64,000 bases of DNA from an uncultured Algibacter sp. (GTDB taxonomy: Bacteria > Bacteroidota > Bacteroidia > Flavobacteriales > Flavobacteriaceae), in the NCBI RefSeq assembly GCF_963976535.1, contig NZ_CAXBLF010000008.1, positions 1,922 through 65,921 on the forward strand, in the 5' to 3' direction. Numbering within the stretch: position 1 is the first letter of the stretch; each line of letters starts with the position of its first letter. The position numbers were made by a program, and so were the translations under genes. A model generated the notes under the pieces. The model saw nothing but the letters and a program-made list of their open reading frames with translations, searched no databases and had not been told where the DNA came from. Below are positions 39,199 to 48,907 of the stretch, piece by piece.

Positions 39199-39717
39199 TT
39201 ATTGGGGCGTATTTGCAGCTGCCGTAGTTACTGTTAAATTTTCAATATCTCTATCAAATAAATATAGCCCGCCTTTATCATCACCAATCATATTTATTTT
39301 ATCAAGAATGGTTCGCGCTACAGCTTCTTCTTCAATTTGCTCTGCAACGTACCACTGTAAAAAGTTGTGCGATGCATAGTCTTTTTCTTGAAGACTGATG
39401 TGCACTAATTCGTTTATACTTTGAGACACATAAACTTCATGTTCAAACAGTTTTTCGAACATTTCTTTAATTGATTTGAATGTCACATTTGGTGCAGCTA
39501 ATTGCGAAATTTGCGCATGACCTCCGCGCTCGTTCACAAACTTTATTAATTTTAACATGTGTTCACGTTCTTCATCAGATTGTGCATACATAAAATTAGA
39601 AACGCCTTCTAAACCTTTAACCTCTGCCCAACATGCCATGGCTAAATAAATTTGAGAAGATTCTGCTTCTATTCGAATTTGATTATTTAGTGCGTCTTCT
39701 ATGATTTTTGATAACAT
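39199..39717 (-). CDS. ftnA: Non-haem ferritin
   Basis: Ferroxidase residues in EAESSQIY, EEREH and EQIEEEA; start MLSKIIE at 39717. Confidence 0.93.
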   Translation of the reverse strand: MLSKIIEDALNNQIRIEAESSQIYLAMACWAEVKGLEGVSNFMYAQSDEEREHMLKLIKFVNERGGHAQISQLAAPNVTFKSIKEMFEKLFEHEVYVSQSINELVHISLQEKDYASHNFLQWYVAEQIEEEAVARTILDKINMIGDDKGGLYLFDRDIENLTVTTAAANTPQ

Positions 39718-39861
39718 AATATACCTTTTTTGTAAAGTTACAGATTTCTTCAACTCCATAATAAGACATTCTCACTTTTTTAAAAACAAAATAGCATTTA
39801 AATGAAATTAACTGCTTTATATTGCGTTAACAATAAACTTATTATGTAAAATTTATTCAAT

Positions 39862-40185
39862 ATGAAAATTTTGTTTAACTGCTTATTCTTATTTTTTATT
39901 TGTAATGTGTCTTTTTCACAAGAACAGGTAGTGAAAAACAATCTTGAAGAAACAACAGTATTCAAATTTTATCCTAATCCAGTACAAGATGAGCTTTTTG
40001 TTTTAGGAACAAATAAGATTAAAAGTATTGAATTGATTAACGTTTTAGGCAAACGTGTCGCTATTTACCATTTTAATAAAAGTATTATAAAAATGGATGT
40101 TTCTGATTTAAAAAGTGGTATATATTTAATACAAGCTACAGATGAAAACAATAAGCAAGAAACTAAAAGGTTGGTTGTTAAATAG
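39862..40185 (+). CDS. Small protein consisting of a signal peptide and a T9SS CTD
   Basis: FYPNPVQD...NVLGKRV...LKSGIYLI...KRLVVK. Confidence 0.85.
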   Translation: MKILFNCLFLFFICNVSFSQEQVVKNNLEETTVFKFYPNPVQDELFVLGTNKIKSIELINVLGKRVAIYHFNKSIIKMDVSDLKSGIYLIQATDENNKQETKRLVVK

Positions 40186-40236
40186 AATTTTTAAATATGA
40201 TAGCACTTATCCAAGCAATATTATGTCTCAATAATT

Positions 40237-40803
40237 TTACAAATCTGTAATAATTTCAGTTTCAGAATTATTATCTATAACTGATGAATATATAATTGAT
40301 GTTAATTCTATTCTAATATCACGCCTCAAATTTTTATAAACTTTAGGTTTCTTGCCCAATGTTTTAGAATAATTTTCTTTAGTAATAATATCATCTTTAA
40401 GAGATATTTGAAAAGCACAATGTGAATACATACAAGGAACAGGACTATGTATTAGTTTAATATTTACAATAATATCTGGATCATCATCTGAAATAATTTC
40501 TTTCTCAAATGTATTATTTTGGCTTAAAGATTTTATAACTGAAATACTAATATCTTTATTTTCGATTTGTTCAATATCAGTGTTTTCATTAATATCAAAT
40601 AACACATCCTCTTTAGGATATAATTTTGAATCATTAAAATTCCGATTGTGTGAGACATCATAAAGGCTTATAGATAGATAAGGCTTGGAACATTGACCAA
40701 GTTTACATCTATAATATAATTCCTCTCCAATAAAAAATTCTTCTATAATATGTTTTCCAAATGAATGAAGCCTTTTAGGAATATATGGTAATTGACATTG
40801 CAT
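40237..40803 (-). CDS. Hypothetical protein, third gene of an AT-rich cassette
   Basis: Likely start MQCQLP at 40803, 17 nt after the gene-2 stop; HSPVPCMYSHC motif. Confidence 0.65.
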   Translation of the reverse strand: MQCQLPYIPKRLHSFGKHIIEEFFIGEELYYRCKLGQCSKPYLSISLYDVSHNRNFNDSKLYPKEDVLFDINENTDIEQIENKDISISVIKSLSQNNTFEKEIISDDDPDIIVNIKLIHSPVPCMYSHCAFQISLKDDIITKENYSKTLGKKPKVYKNLRRDIRIELTSIIYSSVIDNNSETEIITDL

Positions 40804-40819
40804 TAATTGCTTTGAAGAA

Positions 40820-41263
40820 TTACATAGAAATAAATTTATACAATAATTTTTCCATGTCAACATCTTGATTAAAAACGCCCTTAACTTTTTTTCCATTTTT
40901 CCCTACATAATTGTAAGCAATTTGACCAAATTCGTCAAAAGTAATCATAGATATACCTTTATCAGACTCTCTCCATAATAATAAATCAGAATCCTCAACG
41001 GAATCATCATTTATTTTTAATTTATTTGGGTCAATTTGACGCAGTACATAATTTAGTTTTATAACAAAATTTTGAAAACTTTTAATTTGAATTTCATTCA
41101 AAAAATCAAATTTAGTTAAAACACTATTAAACCAATCATCTAAATCAGAAATACTTAAGTCATTAAAAGTGTGAATATGTCCTGTCTCTTCATAATCTTC
41201 ACCAAAGAGTTCTGATTGTCTTAAGAATAAGTCATTGGTCAAGTTGTTTAATGAATTTTCCAT
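40820..41263 (-). CDS. Acidic hypothetical protein
   Basis: 147-aa ORF tightly spaced within the cassette. Confidence 0.65.
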   Translation of the reverse strand: MENSLNNLTNDLFLRQSELFGEDYEETGHIHTFNDLSISDLDDWFNSVLTKFDFLNEIQIKSFQNFVIKLNYVLRQIDPNKLKINDDSVEDSDLLLWRESDKGISMITFDEFGQIAYNYVGKNGKKVKGVFNQDVDMEKLLYKFISM

Positions 41264-41279
41264 AATTTAGTTTTTTAAT

Positions 41280-41978
41280 CTAGACGCTATATTTTAAAAG
41301 AGCTTTTGCGGTAATTGAATCAAAAAAGACTCTATTTTTTATTTCTCTCAAAGGTTTAAAACTTTCTGCTAAATCAATTTTAGTTTTCTTTATATTTTTA
41401 TTTACACTAATATCCAATAAAACTAAATTTTCTTTAGGTTGAGTAGACACCGCATTTATAATATATTCTGGTTCGTTCGTGTATGAGAACGTTACCGAGT
41501 TTTGAAACTTTACAATATTTCTGTTTTTTGATTGCTTAGGATATAACTGAATTAATTCAGATACTGGGTTTTCATTATTTACTTCAATAACATTTATATA
41601 TCTAACAGAAACATTATTTACTGTTAAATTATCTTTAGTTACTTTATCAAAAGTACTCCAAAGTTTTAATAAAATTTCTAAAATTTCATCAAAAGAACAA
41701 TATTCATGTAGGAAATGATAAGATAATGAACCTTTTCGCATTTGCAAAACTTCGTTATTATTCTTCAAATGAAATCCACTATTATCATTTGACATGTTAA
41801 TTCCTTTGTCAGTAATTTTGAATTGATTAGTAACAGAAGGCTTTATGTCTGAAAATCTATTTTTAATAAACTCTAAATTAACAAATTTTTCAAAACAATC
41901 TTTATCAACAATCTCGTCATATGAAATCGAAAATATAATTTCTTTTATTGGTGTATTTGGTAATACAGGATATCTCAT
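41280..41978 (-). CDS. TIGR04255-like sporadically distributed protein
   Basis: Y..L.N.PIKEIIFSI, Y..F.E, VRYINVI, LDISV, REIKNRVFF..IT. Confidence 0.75.
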   Translation of the reverse strand: MRYPVLPNTPIKEIIFSISYDEIVDKDCFEKFVNLEFIKNRFSDIKPSVTNQFKITDKGINMSNDNSGFHLKNNNEVLQMRKGSLSYHFLHEYCSFDEILEILLKLWSTFDKVTKDNLTVNNVSVRYINVIEVNNENPVSELIQLYPKQSKNRNIVKFQNSVTFSYTNEPEYIINAVSTQPKENLVLLDISVNKNIKKTKIDLAESFKPLREIKNRVFFDSITAKALLKYSV

Positions 41979-42047
41979 TTTAACTTACAGCAATTAAGCA
42001 TAAATGTAGTGTTTTTTGTGAAAGTGTTGGCGCAATATAACGAATTT

Positions 42048-44114
42048 TTAACTAATACTTAACCCATTGCCAACACTGGCATCATCAGGATTTACAAACA
42101 CTAATTTACCTTCTGCCGTTTCAGTCATTAAAATCATACCTTGGCTTTCAACACCTCGTAACGCTCTTGGAGCTAAATTCACTAATACAGTTACACGTTT
42201 TCCAACAACTTCTTCCGCATTAAAACTTTCAGCAATACCAGACACAATGGTTCTTGTATCAATACCTGTATCAATTTTAAGTTTTAATAGCTTTTTGGTT
42301 TTTGGCATTTTTTCGGCTTCTAAAATGGTGCCTACTCGAACATCTAACTTTGTGAAATCTTCAAAAGTGATGGTGTCTTTTTGAGGTTCTAATGTTTTGT
42401 TGGCCGCTTCGTTTGCCTTTTTACTTGCTTCTAATTTATCGAGTTGTTTTTGGATGGTTTCATCTTCAATTTTTGAGAATAATAATTCTGCTTTTCCTAT
42501 TTTGTGTCCTGCTGGCAATAAAGTTTCTTTTGTGCTTACTTCATTCCAAGACGTTTCGACTGCGCTCAACGTGACATTAAGAATACCTTTCAGTTTTGTT
42601 GATGTAAACGGTAAAAAAGGTTCACATAAAGTCGCTAATGCCGAAGCTATTTGAACCGACACATACATAATAGTTTGTGTTCTGGCTTCATCAACTTTAA
42701 TGACTTTCCAAGGCTCTTCATCTGCTAAATATTTATTACCCAAACGTGCTAAATTCATTAATTCTTGTCCCGCTTCTCTAAAACGATAACGCTCTATTGA
42801 ACTTGCAATGACATCTGGATACGCTTTTATTTTAGCTAAAATTTCGGCATCAACTTGGGTGAAATTACTCGGAGCCGGCACTATACCTTCATAATATTTG
42901 TTGGTAAGCACGACTACTCGGTTTATAAAGTTCCCGAAAATAGCTACTAACTCATTATTATTTCTAGCTTGAAAATCTTTCCAAGTAAAATCGGTATCCT
43001 TCGTTTCCGGCGCATTAGCATTTAATGCATAACGCAACACATCTTGCTGACCTGGAAATTCTTTTAAATACTCAGGTAACCAAACCGCCCAATTCTTAGA
43101 CGTGGATAATTTATTGCCTTCTAAATTTAAAAACTCATTTGCAGGCACATTTTCTGGAAGGATATAACTGCCTTCGGCTTTTAACATGGCTGGAAAAATA
43201 ATACAGTGAAATACAATATTATCTTTTCCTATAAAGTGAACTAGTTTAGTGTCTTTATCTTTCCAATACGGTTCCCAGTCTTTTCCAACGCGGTCTGCCC
43301 ATTCTTTGGTTGAAGAAATGTAACCAATAGGCGCATCAAACCAAACGTATAGCACTTTGCCTTCTCCTCCTTCTGCTGGCACAGGAATTCCCCAATCTAA
43401 ATCTCTGGTTACCGCTCGTGGACGTAGCCCATCATCAATCCAAGATTTACATTGTCCGTAAACATTGGGTTTCCAATCTTTTTTATGACCTTTAAGAATC
43501 CATTCTTTTAAAAACGCTTCATGTTTATCTAAAGGTAAAAACCAGTGTTTTGTTTGCTTTAAAGTCGGTACATTTCCTGTAATTGCCGATTTTGGATTAA
43601 TTAAATCTGTAGCATTATGGCTCGTTCCACAGTTTTCACATTGGTCGCCATAACTTTCTTCATTACCACATTTAGGGCAAGTTCCCACAACAAAACGATC
43701 TGCTAAAAACTGATTTGCTTCTTCATCATACAACTGTTCTGTAGTTTCTTCTATAAATTCACCTTTTTTATCTAAAGTTTTAAAAAAATCTGAAGCTGTT
43801 TTATGATGAATAGGCGCCGATGTACGTGAATAATTATCGAAAGTTATTCCAAAATCTTCAAACGATTTCTTAATAATCGCATGATATTTATCAACTACAT
43901 CTTGAGGCGATACACCTTCCTTTTTTGCCTTAATAGTAATTGGCACACCATGTTCGTCACTTCCACCAATAAATGCTACATCATTCCCTGTTAAGCGTAA
44001 ATAGCGTGCATAAATATCCGCAGGCACATAAACCCCTGCTAAATGCCCAATGTGAATAGGTCCGTTTGTATATGGAAGTGCTGTGGTGATTGTATATCGT
44101 TTTGGCTTGCTCAT
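42048..44114 (-). CDS. metG: Methionine--tRNA ligase
   Basis: [13 protein letters not shown], Zn knuckle, KLSTS, C-terminal tRNA-binding domain. Confidence 0.97.
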   Translation of the reverse strand: MSKPKRYTITTALPYTNGPIHIGHLAGVYVPADIYARYLRLTGNDVAFIGGSDEHGVPITIKAKKEGVSPQDVVDKYHAIIKKSFEDFGITFDNYSRTSAPIHHKTASDFFKTLDKKGEFIEETTEQLYDEEANQFLADRFVVGTCPKCGNEESYGDQCENCGTSHNATDLINPKSAITGNVPTLKQTKHWFLPLDKHEAFLKEWILKGHKKDWKPNVYGQCKSWIDDGLRPRAVTRDLDWGIPVPAEGGEGKVLYVWFDAPIGYISSTKEWADRVGKDWEPYWKDKDTKLVHFIGKDNIVFHCIIFPAMLKAEGSYILPENVPANEFLNLEGNKLSTSKNWAVWLPEYLKEFPGQQDVLRYALNANAPETKDTDFTWKDFQARNNNELVAIFGNFINRVVVLTNKYYEGIVPAPSNFTQVDAEILAKIKAYPDVIASSIERYRFREAGQELMNLARLGNKYLADEEPWKVIKVDEARTQTIMYVSVQIASALATLCEPFLPFTSTKLKGILNVTLSAVETSWNEVSTKETLLPAGHKIGKAELLFSKIEDETIQKQLDKLEASKKANEAANKTLEPQKDTITFEDFTKLDVRVGTILEAEKMPKTKKLLKLKIDTGIDTRTIVSGIAESFNAEEVVGKRVTVLVNLAPRALRGVESQGMILMTETAEGKLVFVNPDDASVGNGLSIS
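42552..42576 (-). repeat. REP arm in frame inside metG (VTLSAVET)
   Basis: cgtttcgactgcgctcaacgtgaca matches 18177-18201 at 23/25. Confidence 0.88.
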
Positions 44115-44131
44115 TTTTTCTGTAAAACTGT

Positions 44132-44324
44132 TGTCTGGTCGAGCGCAGTCGAGACCTGATTAAAAACCTCTCGACTGCGCTCGAGGGGACAAAACATGCT
44201 AATTTCAAAGTCATTGCGAATGAGATTCGACTGTGGTAATCTCATGAATTGGGGTTCTCATTCAACAGATTCCCGTACTTCGACTGCGCTCAGTACAGGC
44301 AAACTCCGTTTCGGTCGGAATGAC
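44132..44324. repeat. REP cluster: GAGCGCAGTCGA doublet (44132-44191) plus a GTCATTGCG/AATGAC doublet (44210-44324) with a nested arm
   Basis: cttcgactgcgctcagtacaggc is inserted inside agattcccg...ggaatgac. Confidence 0.8.
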
Positions 44325-44590
44325 GGTTCATTTTGAAACCGTAAAAGTAAACAATTTGAGGGCTATTTAGAAAAAAAGTATTAAACATAAAGATTAAGAA
44401 ATTACTGCAATAAGTTCAGCTTAAAGTGCAATGCCTTACTTCAAGATATTGAACTGGTTTAAACTTTTTCAAATTCGGAATTTAATTATGAGATCCCGCT
44501 CTACAGCGGGATTAGTTCAGCTTGCTATTTTGAATGCGTCTTTCAGACTTTTCAAAATAGAGTTTCACTAAAAAAATGTACATTTACATT

Positions 44591-45607
44591 ATGTCGAAAA
44601 ACCTACTAATTTTAAGCTTGTTTTGTGTTGTTTTTTTCTTCGGAATAGAAAAATCAGCATCACAAAACATAGCTAATGAAAAACAAAACAATACATTGAA
44701 ACAACCACCATACTTAAAAACAGGCGATACGGTTGCTATTGTTGCGCCATCAGGAATTTTAAAAAATAGAACAGACGAAGTGCAACAAGCTCAAGCACTT
44801 TTAAAACGTTGGGGACTGCATTCTGTTGTTGGAAAACATGTGTTTAGTGAAGCAGATCATTTTGCCGGAACTGATGATGAGCGTTGTGAAGATCTACAAA
44901 ACGCTCTAGACAACCCAAAAATTAGTGCCATTTGGTGTGCACGTGGCGGTTACGGAACGGTTAGGATTTTAGATAAACTAGATTATTCAAAGTTTAAACA
45001 AAACCCAAAATGGCTTATTGGGTATTCTGATATAACAGCACTTCAAAATCAAATACATAATGAAGGTGTAGAAAGTTTGCATGCCATTATGTGCGTGAGT
45101 TTACCAAAAGATGAGTCTGAGATTGAAGCCAGTATTTCAACCTTAAAAAACACCCTTTTCGGCAACCCTTTAAGCTATACTTTAAAAGGTTCAAGCTATA
45201 ATAAAACTGGTACTACTTCTGGTCAATTGGTTGGCGGTAACTTAACAATGCTTCATACTATGTTAGGATCTAAAACAAGTATTGATACTTTTGGGAAAAT
45301 CTTGTTTATTGAAGAAATCGGCGAATACAAATATCATATTGACCGCATGTTACAAAGTCTAAAACGTGCGGGTTATTTTGATAATTGTAAAGGTGTTATT
45401 GTTGGTGATATGACTAAACTTAGAACAAATACGACACTTTGGGGAACTTCTGTAGAGCAACTTATTTTAGATGCTTTAGCGGATTATGATTTCCCTATTG
45501 CTTTTAATATGCCTGCGGGACATGAAAAAGATAATCGGGCTTTGATTTTAGGTAGAACTGTTAAGTTGACAGTTGATAGTAAGCAGTCTTCAGTTGTTTT
45601 TAAGTAA
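44591..45607 (+). CDS. LD-carboxypeptidase (peptidase S66)
   Basis: ARGGYG, GYSDIT, GGNL, IEEIGE, PAGH. Confidence 0.93.
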   Translation: MSKNLLILSLFCVVFFFGIEKSASQNIANEKQNNTLKQPPYLKTGDTVAIVAPSGILKNRTDEVQQAQALLKRWGLHSVVGKHVFSEADHFAGTDDERCEDLQNALDNPKISAIWCARGGYGTVRILDKLDYSKFKQNPKWLIGYSDITALQNQIHNEGVESLHAIMCVSLPKDESEIEASISTLKNTLFGNPLSYTLKGSSYNKTGTTSGQLVGGNLTMLHTMLGSKTSIDTFGKILFIEEIGEYKYHIDRMLQSLKRAGYFDNCKGVIVGDMTKLRTNTTLWGTSVEQLILDALADYDFPIAFNMPAGHEKDNRALILGRTVKLTVDSKQSSVVFK

Positions 45608-45796
45608 ATAAATTTAACTAAGACTTTAAAATACTCAAATTTACACCAGTCTTTTCACCGAATAAATACGCTTTTTGTAGGCTACATCGTTGATTGAACG
45701 AGCAATAAGGGGCAATCAACCATTTTTTTTAAGAATTATTAAAATTTGCCATAATCTTGTATGTAAATATTAATAATCCTTAAAACCCCTAACAAA

Positions 45797-46033
45797 ATGA
45801 AAAAATTACAATTATTATTCGTAGCCATGATACTTTTACTTTCAATTGATGTAAAGGCTGATGACATTGTCAATTCAAGTTTGAATTTAAGCAACCCTGA
45901 CGTGCGTAAATGTTTAGTGGAAGCTACAAAAAGTGAAGGCTGGAAATTAACAGCATTATATTACAACGCTGATGAGAAATTAGTTATGATTTTTGAAAAA
46001 GGTAATAACACTAAAACGTATATGAGTAAATAA
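45797..46033 (+). CDS. Small exported hypothetical protein
   Basis: Signal peptide MKKLQLLFVAMILLLSIDVKA. Confidence 0.65.
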   Translation: MKKLQLLFVAMILLLSIDVKADDIVNSSLNLSNPDVRKCLVEATKSEGWKLTALYYNADEKLVMIFEKGNNTKTYMSK

Positions 46034-46092
46034 TTACTATTTAATCAAAATATTTTAAACCAGTTATTCATTTTTGTCTAGCTGGTTTTTTA

Positions 46093-46545
46093 TTAAACTC
46101 CAAACTGATTTAGATGATGGTTTAAATGTTTGTAAAACATGTTATTCCATTCTTGTTTTGTTAATTTTCCAAAAGAATGTGATTCCATCCCATCAAAATG
46201 ATTTTCTCCTAAACTTTGTGACTTCTTTAAATAGTCTATTAATCTCGCTTTTTCTTCTACAAAATTTCTAGCATTTGTAATTAAAAATTGTGGTGCTGTT
46301 CTGCTATTCTTTTTATAAGGTTTGCTTCCTACAACCGTATTTTTAACAAATAGCTTTAGCATAAATTTTGTAAACCCATTTGGTTTTGCATGTTTGTCTT
46401 CAAAAGCCATTTCGTAAGTAACGTTGCAATGTGCTAACATTTGGTCTGCACTCATTTTTCCCCATAACGGTTTTGTTATTGGCTCTAGTTTATTAATTCT
46501 ATCAATAACTGTGTTGGTTTCTTTAGCGTCGAAAATATTTTTCAT
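46093..46545 (-). CDS. DUF1569 (DinB-like) protein
   Basis: PLWGKMSADQMLAHC, HSFGKLT, KHLNHHLNQFGV. Confidence 0.88.
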   Translation of the reverse strand: MKNIFDAKETNTVIDRINKLEPITKPLWGKMSADQMLAHCNVTYEMAFEDKHAKPNGFTKFMLKLFVKNTVVGSKPYKKNSRTAPQFLITNARNFVEEKARLIDYLKKSQSLGENHFDGMESHSFGKLTKQEWNNMFYKHLNHHLNQFGV

Positions 46546-46815
46546 GTCTTAAAAAATTTGATTGATATAGGTGAATTCACCTTGTCCTTTTCTATTTCCT
46601 AAAAAACGGCTGAAATTCGCCCATCTTTCGTCTATTTTTTTATGCGTAGCGATGCTATTCCTTTCAAAAACAGTCTCATCTGAACAGATTTCAGCTTATT
46701 TTCGGTTAAAAACAAAAAGTCAAAATGAATTCATTGATTTAAGAAATCGTATGCAATTTAATTATTTTAAGTGAAGTCTAATAAAATTTAATTCTAAGAT
46801 TAAAACCATTCTATT

Positions 46816-47139
46816 CTAACTCGCGCAATTGACACATAATAAACTTTGTGGGCGAATTAAAATTCTACCTATTGGGATAGGTTGTTTGCATTTTAAACAA
46901 ACACCAAAGTCTTGGGTTCCAAATTTTTCGAGTACACGCTTTAGGTTTCCCAATTTAATTTCGGCTTGACGCAAAGATGCTTCAGTGACACTTTTGTTAT
47001 TTATAGCATCCATTCTACTTACTCTACCAATAGAAACATCTGGAGCTATAGGTTTTGTCAATTCTTTATAGTCTAAAATTGCCTTTTCAGTCTTCGAAAT
47101 TTCTTCTATTATTTTTATTTTAATACCTTCTTGATCCAT
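46816..47139 (-). CDS. TraR/DksA C4-type zinc finger protein
   Basis: IGRVSRMDAINNK; CLKC...CVNC. Confidence 0.9.
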   Translation of the reverse strand: MDQEGIKIKIIEEISKTEKAILDYKELTKPIAPDVSIGRVSRMDAINNKSVTEASLRQAEIKLGNLKRVLEKFGTQDFGVCLKCKQPIPIGRILIRPQSLLCVNCAS

Positions 47140-47191
47140 TTAAAATATTACGTTTTTTGATGCAGATTTTGAGTTTATAGGATTTGTCCAA

Positions 47192-47968
47192 CTAAAACCC
47201 ACGCTCTTTCTGAATCTGCTCATAAGCCGCTTGTACTTGTCTAAATTTTTCTTCAGCGCCTTCTTGGTGTTCCTTACCTAAATGAATCACTTTATCTGGG
47301 TGGTATTTTTTAGCCATTTTTCGGTAGGCTTTTTTAATCTCATCTACAGAAGCACTTTTCGTTATTTCTAAAACCTTATAAGCATTATCACTACTGTTAT
47401 AAAACATGGCTTTAATACTTTCATAATCTCTAGAACTAATGCCTAAATAACCTGCCATAGTATATATTTGACGTTCTTCATCATTTGTGACTGTGCCATC
47501 AGCTTTTGCTATGCCAAATAAGAAATGCATGAGTTGCAAACGTGATGGGTGATCCATCATTTGGCGGATTTGCAGACACACTGGCCTTACTGAAACATGT
47601 TGCTTACTTATATTTTTAAACAATTTAAAAGCATGATTTGCACGGGCTTTTCCATACATGTTTGTAAACTGCTGACGCACAAAATCTAACTCGCGTTGGT
47701 CTTGTTTTCCATCGGCTTTAATAACTACAGAGGCTAAAACGAGTAGGCTCACTTCAAAATCGCCCGATTGGGTTTGAGGGCGTTGTCTGGGTTGTGTTCT
47801 GTAAGTTGTTCTCTGGCGACCTCTCGATTCCCTTTCTCCTAAAAGCGGGTTACCCCCACCATCTGCCATAGCATCTATAACACTTCCTATGGCTAATCCA
47901 ATAATTGCACCTATTGGACCACCAAACGACCATCCTAAAGCACCTCCTATCCATTTTGAAAAACTCAT
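47192..47968 (-). CDS. DjlA-like co-chaperone (TerB plus J domain)
   Basis: [13 protein letters not shown] motifs, HPD J-domain. Confidence 0.9.
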   Translation of the reverse strand: MSFSKWIGGALGWSFGGPIGAIIGLAIGSVIDAMADGGGNPLLGERESRGRQRTTYRTQPRQRPQTQSGDFEVSLLVLASVVIKADGKQDQRELDFVRQQFTNMYGKARANHAFKLFKNISKQHVSVRPVCLQIRQMMDHPSRLQLMHFLFGIAKADGTVTNDEERQIYTMAGYLGISSRDYESIKAMFYNSSDNAYKVLEITKSASVDEIKKAYRKMAKKYHPDKVIHLGKEHQEGAEEKFRQVQAAYEQIQKERGF

Positions 47969-48044
47969 GTAATTTTTTTGTTTTTAATACGTCCAAATAT
48001 ACTATTGTTAGTTGAATTTTTTATCCTTTTGTTACAATTGTACT

Positions 48045-48218
48045 GCGTTAAGGATAGAAGTGGCATCCTTTATGCGAAGAATTGATACTATATATTTTCT
48101 TTATAAATAAAAATTATTTAATAGTTAGAGATCCCGAAGCAAGTTCGGGACTGCTTCGCAGAAAGATATAACGGATAGCCTGACCTTATAACGCCATAAG
48201 CGTTTTAAGGGAACGCCC
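48045..48218 (+). ncRNA. Structured Flavobacterial repeat/ncRNA candidate (Flavo-1-like) carrying internal inserts
   Basis: gcgttaaggatagaagtggcatcc...aaagatataacggatagcctgacc...gggaacgccc; nested atcccgaagcaagttcggga. Confidence 0.45.
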
Positions 48219-48388
48219 AGAAAAAGATTAACAATAATTTATGAGTTCCCCATAGACATCGGGATTAGTTCAACTATATCATTTTACGGCGTTGTAAAAA
48301 CAACTTATAAAATGATAGTCTCACTAAATTGCATGATTTTTGATTAACTTTGTACAATTATTAATTATAAAATAAAAAATTTAAAAAT

Positions 48389-48802
48389 ATGTATCCAGCA
48401 GAATTAGTAAAACCAATGCGTGAGGATTTAACCAAAGTTGGTTTTGAAGAATTACATACTGCCGAGGCGGTTGATGCGGCTATAGCAAAAGAAGGCACTA
48501 CGCTTGTTGTGGTAAATTCGGTTTGTGGTTGTGCAGCAGCGAATGCTCGCCCAGGCGCTAGAATGAGTTTACAAAACGCTAAAAAACCAGACCATATTGT
48601 AACTGTTTTTGCAGGTGTAGATAGAGAAGCCGTTGATGCAGCTCGTGGACATATGGTTCCGTTTCCTCCAAGTTCACCATGTATGGCGTTATTTAAAGAT
48701 GGAGAATTGGTGCACATGTTAGAGCGTCATCACATTGAAGGAAGACCTGCAGAATTAATTGCAGAAAACCTTGTTGATGCTTATAACGATCATTGTAAAT
48801 AG
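48389..48802 (+). CDS. BrxA/BrxB family bacilliredoxin
   Basis: VNSVCGCAAANARPG, PPSSP. Confidence 0.93.
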   Translation: MYPAELVKPMREDLTKVGFEELHTAEAVDAAIAKEGTTLVVVNSVCGCAAANARPGARMSLQNAKKPDHIVTVFAGVDREAVDAARGHMVPFPPSSPCMALFKDGELVHMLERHHIEGRPAELIAENLVDAYNDHCK

Positions 48803-48846
48803 CCTCTCTCCAAAGGAAAGAGGGAAATCAAACTGAATAAAATACT

Positions 48847-48873
48847 AAACCACGATTAAATTGTGGTTTTTTT
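48847..48873 (+). terminator. Intrinsic terminator
   Basis: aaaccacgat...ttgtggttt followed by a T-run. Confidence 0.65.
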
Positions 48874-48907
48874 ATGCCATTTTACTTCATTAAGTTAATT
48901 TTGCGGC

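Noticed and set aside
46571-46774. 67-aa plus-strand ORF (also 50748-50954 minus)
   Set aside because: Intergenic or MITE-derived open frames with no recognisable features.
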